DNA from: a virus
Length of the DNA stretch: 64,000 nt
IMG/VR virus record: IMGVR_UViG_3300045988_085140
Direction: 5' to 3' (one strand)
Of the stretch, positions 53,879 through 61,549 are shown in pieces. Both the position numbers and the translations under genes were made by a program. Within the stretch, counting starts at the first letter, position 1. Each line of letters begins with the position of its first letter. The notes under the pieces were generated by a model. The model was not told the DNA's origin. It did no database searches and was given only the letters and a program-made list of their open reading frames with translations.

Positions 53879-54300
53879 GTGCTCGAATTTAAGTTTGGTC
53901 GCATGATTTCATAAAAAGGTTCGCCTTTGGCTGACTTGCGTGGGATGCAAGTCAGGCGAACCATTCTGTTGAGAGGAAGGTTGTACTCATCAAGGATGGC
54001 GGTGATGGAAGGGTAGTCACTTCTGAAACCTACCTTCTTATGCTCCTGATTGAACTGAAGCTGAGCGAAGGCGGTGTTGGCTTTGCGAAGTTCTTCCCAG
54101 TCCTCACGCATGCAGAATCCGTATGTACCTCTTTCAGATAACCTGAACACGAAGATGGAATTGTCTGTTCGCTCCTTCTGCATGATGTGGTCGTAGATGC
54201 CCTTGGAGAGCGTGACCGAATTGGCTCTTCCGTCCAGTACCACAAAATCGTTGCGGTGTCTGAAACCATTGACTTTATCTATTAAATACTTGAATTTCAT
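53857..54300 (-). CDS. hypothetical protein, first gene of the leftward structural operon
   Basis: 147 aa with an ATG 5 nt downstream of the -7 box region. Overlaps the next gene by 22 nt. Confidence 0.5.
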   Translation of the reverse strand: MKFKYLIDKVNGFRHRNDFVVLDGRANSVTLSKGIYDHIMQKERTDNSIFVFRLSERGTYGFCMREDWEELRKANTAFAQLQFNQEHKKVGFRSDYPSITAILDEYNLPLNRMVRLTCIPRKSAKGEPFYEIMRPNLNSSTWQQDKK

Positions 54301-54304
54301 GTTG

Positions 54305-54347
54305 CAAATATAATATGAAAAGTGATAAAATGGATATTATCCGTTAA
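54305..54347 (-). promoter_or_regulatory. late-type promoter: TTAACGGATAAT + 24 nt + TATATTTG
   Basis: On the minus strand GGATAA is at 54342-54337 and the -7 box at 54312-54305. The element contains the stop of the upstream gene (AAC GGA TAA). Confidence 0.6.
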
Positions 54348-54600
54348 CTTTGTCTTTCCGCTTGGGTCTACCATTGCGGTTGCCATACTTGGTGATGATG
54401 GCAGATGCTCGCTCTGAGCGGTAACAGCCACATGATTTGGTTCGTCCGTCACGAAGAGCAGCACCTAGAACCGTACAACCTCTGCCACAATCACATTTGC
54501 ATATCCAGAACGCACCATGCTGGTGGTTCTCTTTATCAGATTTTCGGCAGACGAGTAATCTGCCGAAACGCTGTCCAGTAAGGTCTATCAACTTTCCCAT
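54337..54600 (-). CDS. zinc-ribbon protein (LxGxRFGRLxV...WxCxCDCG...SCGC family)
   Basis: MGKLIDLTGQRFGRLLVCRK...FWICKCDCGRGCTV...TKSCGCYRSE. The ATG at 54600 directly follows the upstream stop; the table start is further upstream. Confidence 0.55.
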   Translation of the reverse strand: MGKLIDLTGQRFGRLLVCRKSDKENHQHGAFWICKCDCGRGCTVLGAALRDGRTKSCGCYRSERASAIITKYGNRNGRPKRKDKVNG

Positions 54601-54601
54601 A

Positions 54602-54898
54602 CTACTTCTCTGCCATTTTCTTTGCCTCTTCAACTGATACTGGCTTTCCGCTAAGAGGAATGCGGAAGTCGAACTTAGAACGGAAACCATAATAGCCTAC
54701 GAAATCGAAGCTCTGTTTCATACGCTCGTCTGTGGTGATGTACTTCTTGTAAGCCTTCACCTCCTTCTCTGAGCGGTAGATGGTAGAGTTGACGAAGTAG
54801 GAACTGGTTCCCTTGTTAGCGATAACTGCAATAAAGAACTGCTTACCAAGGAACTTTTCCTTGATACGCTGAATGATTGAAATTTTCTTTGTATTCAT
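54602..54898 (-). CDS. hypothetical protein
   Basis: 98-aa ORF with an ATG start. Confidence 0.5.
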   Translation of the reverse strand: MNTKKISIIQRIKEKFLGKQFFIAVIANKGTSSYFVNSTIYRSEKEVKAYKKYITTDERMKQSFDFVGYYGFRSKFDFRIPLSGKPVSVEEAKKMAEK

Positions 54899-54952
54899 AT
54901 ATAAAATTTGATTAATTATTAAGAAGAATGCAGATAGGCTGCACTCTTAAAA

Positions 54953-55144
54953 CTATTCGATTCCACAAGATACGATACCATCTTCTTTGTTGATACCTCG
55001 GAAGTGCTCGCATCGCTGGCAAGCAAGGCTACCTACATATAGTATTTCGTTGGTGTACTTGCCTTGGATGCCGAATGGGCAGGGAGTTATGTACTCGAAG
55101 TGCCCACCGACATATTCGTTAACGATATATTTAGGATTCTTCAT
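54953..55144 (-). CDS. small Cys-containing protein
   Basis: 63 aa. ATGA overlap with the ThyX-like stop. Confidence 0.5.
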   Translation of the reverse strand: MKNPKYIVNEYVGGHFEYITPCPFGIQGKYTNEILYVGSLACQRCEHFRGINKEDGIVSCGIE

Positions 55145-55713
55145 TGGTTGCTTTGGTATGTTTCAAGATTTTTGTAGAATTTTCTTATGATGGGAAACAT
55201 GCTTATCTTATCTCTGCCACATGATTTCGGCTCAGTGCAGAAACCTCTATAAACACATTGAGGAACACAAGCGGATGCAAGCAAAGGTTCAATTCGTGCC
55301 ACCTCGTCAAGAACCTTATACCACACCTCTCTCGTCTCCTCGGATGCCTTGTTGCAGAGTCTCAACTTCGAGATATTGATAATCTCCTGAGCATTGAGGG
55401 ATAGCTGCAAGTTGACCAAATCATCCTGACGCATATCGTGACGTGATACCTTGGAGCCAGTAATATCTGGTCGTGATGTGGAGACGAATGGCTGTGCATG
55501 AACATGGCGAACAAAGTGATTGCTCACCCAATATGGTATGCCATACATCTTAATATCGAACTCCAATTCTCTGAGCGGTGAATGCTCGCTGAGAATCATC
55601 TGTTTCTTAAACTCATCGCTAGGCTCATGTCCCAGCGGTTCCTTACCTTGTGTGAACCGAGCAGCATCCACAACTCGCTGCCAGTCCGTTACTCTTTTGA
55701 TTTCTATTTTCAT
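55141..55713 (-). CDS. thyX: ThyX-like (flavin-dependent thymidylate synthase fold), divergent active-site motif
   Basis: VVDAARFTQGKE, LSEHSPLRELEFDIKMYGIPYWVSNHFVRH and NAQEIINISKLRLCNKAS parallel ThyX blocks. RHRx7S is replaced by RHVHAQPFVSTSR. Confidence 0.6.
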   Translation of the reverse strand: MKIEIKRVTDWQRVVDAARFTQGKEPLGHEPSDEFKKQMILSEHSPLRELEFDIKMYGIPYWVSNHFVRHVHAQPFVSTSRPDITGSKVSRHDMRQDDLVNLQLSLNAQEIINISKLRLCNKASEETREVWYKVLDEVARIEPLLASACVPQCVYRGFCTEPKSCGRDKISMFPIIRKFYKNLETYQSNQ

Positions 55714-55808
55714 AATCTATTTTACTTTCGTGAATAATATCCTATTATAAACCCTATAGCAGTCGTACAAGAAAAAAGAAAAATGTCAAATAACAATTCA
55801 GCCATAAG

Positions 55809-56177
55809 CTATTCCTCCTTTCCGCTATCCACATCATTCTCTCCAAGAATATCTTTGATTTCCTTTTCGATGAACTCATCAGAAGCTAGTTCCTTAAGAA
55901 GTTCATCTATATCAGGTAACTTTGCATCAACTCCGTCTTCTTGATTTTTGGAGGCAACATATTCCTTTAGTGCTTTTACCCATGAACTATTAGCCATATC
56001 TGCCAATGAATCCTTTTTGCTTTCATAGGCTTTCTTCAACTCTCCGTTGTCACGGAAATATCTGAGCACTTCCGTCAAAGAGAGAATAAAGTTCTTTTCA
56101 GCAATCGGGTTACTCTTTGCCTCTTCCAGTTTTAGCATCAGGAAGAGTAATGATGCATGTAATTTTGTTTTGTCCAT
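55809..56177 (-). CDS. acidic hypothetical protein
   Basis: 122-aa ORF. Confidence 0.5.
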   Translation of the reverse strand: MDKTKLHASLLFLMLKLEEAKSNPIAEKNFILSLTEVLRYFRDNGELKKAYESKKDSLADMANSSWVKALKEYVASKNQEDGVDAKLPDIDELLKELASDEFIEKEIKDILGENDVDSGKEE

Positions 56178-56179
56178 AA

Positions 56180-56461
56180 CTATTCTTCGTTACATAAAGT
56201 TTCTACTACCTTTGTTCTTGTGGTTTTTGTTGCAGGGTCATATTCGTTATGAATAGCTTTTGCCACACCTTTTTTGTTGGTAAAATAAACAACTCTGCCA
56301 CCATCATAGAAACGATATACGGTTATACCATCCACAACAAAAAGCTTCTCTACTTTAATTTCATTAATAGAGTCTGATGTTGGAACATTAATTCCTTTGT
56401 TCTCGTTGCAAGAAACGAGCAGGAATATAACCGATACAAATAATAATATAATCTTCTTCAT
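56180..56461 (-). CDS. small lipoprotein
   Basis: MKKIILLFVSVIFLLVSCNENKG (lipobox). Confidence 0.55.
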   Translation of the reverse strand: MKKIILLFVSVIFLLVSCNENKGINVPTSDSINEIKVEKLFVVDGITVYRFYDGGRVVYFTNKKGVAKAIHNEYDPATKTTRTKVVETLCNEE

Positions 56462-56464
56462 ACG

Positions 56465-56821
56465 CTACTTCTTTTTATCCAGCCATTGCATAACATTATA
56501 ATAGGAAACATCTTTATACGACCTTAATGTTACATCAAAATTGCCATCTTTAAAATAATCAGATAAATCACCTCTCCAATAACCATTTATGAGTTTCTCT
56601 CGTATGATACTTGCAGTTTCATTAATACAACGCTTAATGAGTTTCTGCTGCTCCGCATTCTTGTTGTAATGAAGAAGCGAACATGATGCTCGTTTGAGCC
56701 ATTTCCACCACTTTGATTTGAACTTCTTTACTTCTATCCTTTCGGGAAGTTCCTCTCTTTTCGTGTGCATATCAATGAGCTTGTTATACTCTTCTATGCT
56801 AATTGTTATTTGTCTTTCCAT
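56465..56821 (-). CDS. hypothetical protein
   Basis: 118-aa ORF. Confidence 0.5.
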   Translation of the reverse strand: MERQITISIEEYNKLIDMHTKREELPERIEVKKFKSKWWKWLKRASCSLLHYNKNAEQQKLIKRCINETASIIREKLINGYWRGDLSDYFKDGNFDVTLRSYKDVSYYNVMQWLDKKK

Positions 56822-56824
56822 AAG

Positions 56825-57016
56825 CTATTCTTCTTTAAGTTCTACTGTCTCATCTTTCCAAGATAATTCTCTTCCGATGAGTTTTTTAATGCTACCTTTA
56901 GGTATTTCTATACATTTGCAAGAACCATAATCGTCTATTCAGCTATATACAGATTTGTGAGGCTCTGTTTCAAATATAAGTTCTGTACCAAAACTATTAA
57001 CACATACCCATGCCAT
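56825..57016 (-). pseudogene. small early gene interrupted by in-frame TGA (codon 26 of 63)
   Basis: MAWVCVNSFGTELIFETEPHKSVYS*IDDYGSCKCIEIPKGSIKKLIGRELSWKDETVELKEE*. TGA at 56941-56939. GGAGGA precedes the ATG. Confidence 0.5.
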
Positions 57017-57018
57017 AT

Positions 57019-57165
57019 CTATTCCTCCTTATCTTTTATTTTCTTAATCTCATTGTATAATTCCATAAGTTGCTTCTTGTCAACCCATACATCTTTGTCG
57101 GGGTCAATGAAGAAACCATATATAGAATACAATTCACCCTTGTCGTGTTTGTGTATTTGAATCAT
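57019..57165 (-). CDS. small hypothetical protein (48 aa)
   Basis: Hand-translated MIQIHKHDKGELYSIYGFFIDPDKDVWVDKKQLMELYNEIKKIKDKEE*. GGAGGA lies upstream. Confidence 0.4.
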   Translation of the reverse strand: MIQIHKHDKGELYSIYGFFIDPDKDVWVDKKQLMELYNEIKKIKDKEE

Positions 57166-57168
57166 AAT

Positions 57169-57561
57169 CTATTCCTCCGTTTTTACACCGAAAGGAGTAC
57201 CGTCAACAAAGGTGAAATCTTCAAACACTTCCTTAAAAGTACATGTACCCTCATCATAAACTTCGACAAAACTTCTTGAATCTACTTTTTCAATAACGAA
57301 TGCACTACCATTTCTGTCTTTTACCCACCCAAACGGCTGATGCTTTTGCATTTCATTCCAGCATTCTTCTGCGTCCTTGAATGGACGGAACTTTGGTTCT
57401 GGCTTAATTCGGAACTTGAAATTTTTAATCATTCCAATAGGAAAATCTGTAACTTCTCTCCATGCTTTACTTACATCAGTAATACTAGAAAATTCGATAA
57501 TCCTTCCTTCGCCAAACGCCTTAATAAATGGCGATAACTCTGCTGCTTCTTTACGATTCAT
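57169..57561 (-). CDS. hypothetical protein
   Basis: 130 aa from the ATG at 57561 (MNRKEAAELSP). Table start 57567 is TTG. Confidence 0.5.
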   Translation of the reverse strand: MNRKEAAELSPFIKAFGEGRIIEFSSITDVSKAWREVTDFPIGMIKNFKFRIKPEPKFRPFKDAEECWNEMQKHQPFGWVKDRNGSAFVIEKVDSRSFVEVYDEGTCTFKEVFEDFTFVDGTPFGVKTEE

Positions 57562-57563
57562 AA

Positions 57564-57701
57564 TCAATCCTCCAATTCTTTAAGTGCATCCTCAATATTG
57601 CCCATTGCCTTCCAAAGAAGGTTATGCTGAGTAGCACCACCTTTATTGTACTCGTCAAGCTGACTGTATGCTTGACTTAATAATTCCTTAATCTTACTCA
57701 T
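57564..57701 (-). CDS. small helical protein (45 aa)
   Basis: MSKIKELLSQAYSQLDEYNKGGATQHNLLWKAMGNIEDALKELED*. ATGA overlap with the upstream ORF. Confidence 0.4.
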   Translation of the reverse strand: MSKIKELLSQAYSQLDEYNKGGATQHNLLWKAMGNIEDALKELED

Positions 57702-57829
57702 CGCTTATCCTCCTTTTTTCTGTTTCTTTCTATATGCTTTAATTGCGTAATACTTATGTTGCCATATCGTTTATACATACCTTGGAGATATACAATATAG
57801 CCAGCTAATGTTATTTTACTTGCATCCAT
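57698..57829 (-). CDS. small basic protein (43 aa)
   Basis: MDASKITLAGYIVYLQGMYKRYGNISITQLKHIERNRKKEDKR*. Confidence 0.35.
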   Translation of the reverse strand: MDASKITLAGYIVYLQGMYKRYGNISITQLKHIERNRKKEDKR

Positions 57830-57841
57830 ATTCTCTTCTTT

Positions 57842-58003
57842 TTAATCTTTGCTCTCAAGAGCAAGTCCAATTAGAAATAATCCAGAACCTAGAACAATAG
57901 TGCCAAGTTCCCAACATACCGAAAATAGTGCATAAAATAAAGCAAAAAATACTAAAAAAGCACCAACTATTTCACATAAATAAGCCAATTTCTTTATATT
58001 CAT
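57842..58003 (-). CDS. small membrane protein (53 aa, two TM segments)
   Basis: MNIKKLAYLCEIVGAFLVFFALFYALFSVCWELGTIVLGSGLFLIGLALESKD*. Confidence 0.4.
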   Translation of the reverse strand: MNIKKLAYLCEIVGAFLVFFALFYALFSVCWELGTIVLGSGLFLIGLALESKD

Positions 58004-58018
58004 ATTCTCTTCTTTTTA

Positions 58019-58042
58019 CCCTCTCCCTTTTACAGGAGAGGG
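58019..58042. other. GC-rich intergenic hairpin without U-run
   Basis: CCCTCTCC pairs with GGAGAGGG around an 8-nt loop, between 58050..58277 and the 53-aa gene. The leader AAAAAGAAGAGAATATG downstream is repeated at 57829-57845. Confidence 0.4.
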
Positions 58043-58049
58043 TGGTTAG

Positions 58050-58277
58050 TTACTTCTCAGGCATTGCGTCACCATTCAACAAGCCCATATCTGTCAAACG
58101 AGCAGTTAAAGCGAGGTAGTACTTCTTCATACCTAACGACTGCTCATTCATCAATTTAAACTGATAGTCCCCAACTTTCTCACGGAAGCCATCTTTAGCT
58201 AAAGCTGCATTCAACTTTAGCCAACGGTCTTTCAACTCACTATGCTCATCGAGCATTCTTTTCTGATAATCTTCCAT
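58050..58277 (-). CDS. hypothetical helical protein
   Basis: 75-aa ORF. Confidence 0.5.
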   Translation of the reverse strand: MEDYQKRMLDEHSELKDRWLKLNAALAKDGFREKVGDYQFKLMNEQSLGMKKYYLALTARLTDMGLLNGDAMPEK

Positions 58278-58282
58278 ATTAA

Positions 58283-58429
58283 TTATATTTTAGAATGAAT
58301 ATTACTATTTCTATCAATTTCTGCTGGGTCATAACACCCATCTATTCTACACTTTTGCCCTTGCACAGAATATTTACATCTAATATTCTCAAAAACAGGA
58401 CAAGGTGGGTTCTTTCTTTGTTTACCCAT
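58283..58429 (-). CDS. small Cys-rich protein (48 aa)
   Basis: MGKQRKNPPCPVFENIRCKYSVQGQKCRIDGCYDPAEIDRNSNIHSKI*. Confidence 0.35.
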   Translation of the reverse strand: MGKQRKNPPCPVFENIRCKYSVQGQKCRIDGCYDPAEIDRNSNIHSKI

Positions 58430-58460
58430 ATTACTTATATTTATATCCTTTGCAGGATGG

Positions 58461-58613
58461 TTAATAAATCACAACACAATCATCAAATACTGATATACTA
58501 TCAACATTCATGGGGTTCCCATTCTCTTGTGTACCATGAGAATATGGGAAGTTGACTTCCATAGTCTTATCCTCTACCTTTGATAATTCGTTAATTAATT
58601 CTTCTACTGTCAT
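58461..58613 (-). CDS. small hypothetical protein (50 aa)
   Basis: MTVEELINELSKVEDKTMEVNFPYSHGTQENGNPMNVDSISVFDDCVVIY*. Confidence 0.35.
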   Translation of the reverse strand: MTVEELINELSKVEDKTMEVNFPYSHGTQENGNPMNVDSISVFDDCVVIY

Positions 58614-58638
58614 ATTCTATCTATTATGCCCGAAGGCG

Positions 58639-58875
58639 TTAATCACCATATTTATATAATTCTCCTTCACCACTTGAATCATACCCACAACAAGGACAAA
58701 CCCATCCATCTATTATAACGGATTTTTTACACTTAGGGCATAAGCCTCTGACTTTATTAAAACTTTCTAAAGCATATTGGCAAGCTTTCAAATACTCTAA
58801 TTCATCTTCGTCAGCTTGATTATCAATAAGTGCATTATATTCATCCTTATCTAAAACTACAACTTCTAATGCCAT
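58639..58875 (-). CDS. zinc-ribbon protein
   Basis: 78 aa. CPKCKKSVIIDGWVCPCCGYD. Confidence 0.5.
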   Translation of the reverse strand: MALEVVVLDKDEYNALIDNQADEDELEYLKACQYALESFNKVRGLCPKCKKSVIIDGWVCPCCGYDSSGEGELYKYGD

Positions 58876-58876
58876 A

Positions 58877-59257
58877 CTACACCTCCATTTCTGAGTTAAG
58901 TCCTAGACCGAAAAGAAGATGTTGTAAATCAGAAACATTTTCTACAGCTCTTAACCATACAATAGAATTATTTACTACTTTATAAGCAACATAATTAGTA
59001 CTACTTTCACAAAGTCTTATATGATAAGAATCATTAAAATAACCATCTTTATTCTTTTTCCATCCATTCTTCTCCAGAATCTCAGGAGTAAGAGGAATTG
59101 GTTTTATAGCATCCTCTCTAATCCAACCACATTCTCCATCTCTATAATAGAATAATTTAGTACCTTTTAAATAAGAACTTGTAATTCTTATTATTTCTTT
59201 TTTGTGGTTATACACAATATCTCCTGGTATATACTTAGGATTAAAATTTATTACCAT
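58877..59257 (-). CDS. hypothetical protein
   Basis: 126-aa ORF. Confidence 0.5.
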   Translation of the reverse strand: MVINFNPKYIPGDIVYNHKKEIIRITSSYLKGTKLFYYRDGECGWIREDAIKPIPLTPEILEKNGWKKNKDGYFNDSYHIRLCESSTNYVAYKVVNNSIVWLRAVENVSDLQHLLFGLGLNSEMEV

Positions 59258-59258
59258 A

Positions 59259-59492
59259 CTACTTTCCTTTTAAATGTTTGTACTTCTTTATGGCATCCTT
59301 CTTAGAAGCTGCCATAATCTTAACACCCTTGATGGTGAACTCATGCTATGCCTTTGGCTGGCACTTCTGCTTGTCAGACGGAATATTGCCTTTCGGAATA
59401 GCTAACGGTGTACCTCCAAAACACGCAGCGAAGTCACCTATTAGATAATCTAATTCAGTTTGCATTCCAATCATTGATAACAATCCATTCAT
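59259..59492 (-). pseudogene. small early gene interrupted by in-frame TAG (codon 49 of 77)
   Basis: MNGLLSMIGMQTELDYLIGDFAACFGGTPLAIPKGNIPSDKQKCQPKA*HEFTIKGVKIMAASKKDAIKKYKHLKGK*. TAG at 59348-59346. Confidence 0.45.
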
Positions 59493-59497
59493 ACGCT

Positions 59498-59698
59498 TTA
59501 CTCCTTAACTTCTTTGAATATTACATGTTTTCCGTCAGAACGTTCTTCAGGTTCACACAGAAATCCATCACCCCAACCATTATAGGTCGGGTTATAGCAT
59601 GTATCATCATAGCCAAAGAAGCAATCATCACAGCCATTACAAACATCCTGCTCAATAACTTCAAGTGTTACTTTTTCTCCAACTTTAAGTTCTTCCAT
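59498..59698 (-). CDS. Cys-rich small protein, paralogue A
   Basis: MEELKVGEKVTLEVIEQDVCNGCDDCFF...RSDGKHVIFKEVKE. Paralogous to 61149..61334. Confidence 0.55.
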   Translation of the reverse strand: MEELKVGEKVTLEVIEQDVCNGCDDCFFGYDDTCYNPTYNGWGDGFLCEPEERSDGKHVIFKEVKE

Positions 59699-59700
59699 AA

Positions 59701-59862
59701 TCAAAACGCTATTCTAAAATCCTTGCCTTTCAAAGTAGGTCTCTTTTGGAGGACGAACTTCTCTAAATCTTCAAAATCTATCGGGAAGAGCGCACAATAT
59801 TTATACTTTAATGTGCAGATGAATCTTCCGTTGAGCATTATATCAAATACAAATGTTTTCAT
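59701..59862 (-). CDS. small hypothetical protein (53 aa)
   Basis: MKTFVFDIMLNGRFICTLKYKYCALFPIDFEDLEKFVLQKRPTLKGKDFRIAF*. ATGA overlap with the upstream stop and AGGAGG upstream. Confidence 0.4.
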   Translation of the reverse strand: MKTFVFDIMLNGRFICTLKYKYCALFPIDFEDLEKFVLQKRPTLKGKDFRIAF

Positions 59863-60248
59863 TGTTCACCTCCTTCCTTTGGAAGTAAATCACTAATATA
59901 GAGCCAGCTAATAATATCATAATTAGTTCCAATATATTTGAAATCGTAATCATACCATCCAAAATCGTGAAAAGATGATTGTTCTATTCTTTCTTCATCT
60001 TGAAACATCCCATGATTATGATGATAAACAACTCTTACCAAGCATGTTCTATTTTTATCAGGCTTTTCACTAGCAGGATGCCATAAATTCTTCAAGAACT
60101 CATTGATAGCCCACTTAGCACCTTCTTTGAAGCTATCTTTGCCCCTAAGACAAATCATTTCTTCCTCAACCTCGCCACTATTGTATCTAGCATACTCTGT
60201 CTCAATATGCTTATTAGCAGCTTCTTCTATTTTCTTATCGTCTATCAT
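59859..60248 (-). CDS. hypothetical protein
   Basis: 129-aa ORF. Confidence 0.5.
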   Translation of the reverse strand: MIDDKKIEEAANKHIETEYARYNSGEVEEEMICLRGKDSFKEGAKWAINEFLKNLWHPASEKPDKNRTCLVRVVYHHNHGMFQDEERIEQSSFHDFGWYDYDFKYIGTNYDIISWLYISDLLPKEGGEQ

Positions 60249-60250
60249 AA

Positions 60251-60436
60251 TTATCTTCCTTTCTTACTATTTTTATCCAATACCTCTTTAATCTCGAAAT
60301 ATTGAGCCTTTATAAATTTTTCCATCTCTAACTTAGTTATTCTACCAATAACTGAAATAGACCCATCCCTTACAGATACTGAGAAATAATCAGTATTGAT
60401 AAAACTAATGTTAACATCTATGCTTTCATCATTCAT
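60251..60436 (-). CDS. hypothetical protein
   Basis: 61-aa ORF with GGAGGA upstream. Confidence 0.45.
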   Translation of the reverse strand: MNDESIDVNISFINTDYFSVSVRDGSISVIGRITKLEMEKFIKAQYFEIKEVLDKNSKKGR

Positions 60437-60454
60437 ACCTAGTCCTCCATATCT

Positions 60455-61147
60455 TTATTCTTTGCCTAAAAGTTCTTCGTTGCCTATGTAAGGAATGCAC
60501 TCCATGAAGGCAGCACCGCCAACCATTATATGAGCACCTTCTTTATTCTGATAGGCATACTGGAAGAGATTATAAACCTTCATATTGTAGCAAGCTGTGC
60601 TTTTGCAGAGGACATAATCTAATGGCTTGAACTCTGGCTGAGTCTTCTCAATTTCCAAGGTCTCCATGTTCAACTTGCCACCCAGTCTTTTCTCTATTTT
60701 GTGGATATATTCCTGAGCGTCTTCTTTGTTTGCTTTGTTGAACTCAGATGTTTGCATGTAGTTTTCATTCTCTTCAAAGTTATTTATGTTACCCTCATTT
60801 TCCAATAGATAATTCTTACCATGGAAAGTTTTGTAGGTATCATCTTCAAACCCTTCGAAGATAATATGTACACTTCCATCTTTGTGAACTAGGATGTCTC
60901 CTTTCTTCCAACCGAACTTAGACCAGTCTTGCATTTCCTTTGATGGGAATAGCAGTATTTCTGATTCTTTATAAGCTGTATATCTACCATTATATAGAAA
61001 ATCATTTGTTGTGGAATGATGCAGTACATTTATATCATTTCTTGCACCTATATGTGAAAAATATACATCACCATACAAAGGCGAATATAACTTTGTATTT
61101 ACTGGCTTATCCTTTAGAATTTCCGCTACATTAATCTTTGTCTCCAT
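60455..61147 (-). CDS. hypothetical protein
   Basis: 230-aa ORF. Confidence 0.5.
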   Translation of the reverse strand: METKINVAEILKDKPVNTKLYSPLYGDVYFSHIGARNDINVLHHSTTNDFLYNGRYTAYKESEILLFPSKEMQDWSKFGWKKGDILVHKDGSVHIIFEGFEDDTYKTFHGKNYLLENEGNINNFEENENYMQTSEFNKANKEDAQEYIHKIEKRLGGKLNMETLEIEKTQPEFKPLDYVLCKSTACYNMKVYNLFQYAYQNKEGAHIMVGGAAFMECIPYIGNEELLGKE

Positions 61148-61148
61148 A

Positions 61149-61334
61149 TCACTTCACTCTTTTAAATTGAACATTTTTTCCGTCTTTTCTGTCGATTGCG
61201 GCACAACAAATATCTTTGCAGATATTTTCATAAATATTGCTGCTTATCTCGTCAAAGAAGCAACCATTACATTCTTCTGTCTCGCTTTCAACCACCTTTA
61301 AGGTGATTTCTGAGCCAATAGGTAAATCTTCCAT
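61149..61334 (-). CDS. Cys-rich small protein, paralogue B
   Basis: MEDLPIGSEITLKVVESETEECNGCFF...RKDGKNVQFKRVK. Table start 61358 is GTG. The ATG at 61334 follows the upstream stop. Confidence 0.55.
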   Translation of the reverse strand: MEDLPIGSEITLKVVESETEECNGCFFDEISSNIYENICKDICCAAIDRKDGKNVQFKRVK

Positions 61335-61336
61335 AA

Positions 61337-61537
61337 TTAATTCCTCATTATGTGACACTTAACAACCTTGTTTACTGCAAGAGGTTGCGATTTGTTAAAA
61401 TTCTCGATGATATTGCGTTCCATCTGCTCAGGGAAGATGGGTTTGGTGGGCTTTGGAATGTAGATGGTAACTTGTAGCTTGCTGCCATCACTAAAAGTCA
61501 TTAAGCACCTTCTTGAAATCTGTTCTATTCCAAACAT
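61337..61537 (-). CDS. hypothetical protein
   Basis: 66-aa ORF with AGGAGG upstream. Confidence 0.45.
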   Translation of the reverse strand: MFGIEQISRRCLMTFSDGSKLQVTIYIPKPTKPIFPEQMERNIIENFNKSQPLAVNKVVKCHIMRN

Positions 61538-61549
61538 AATTTTATCCTC

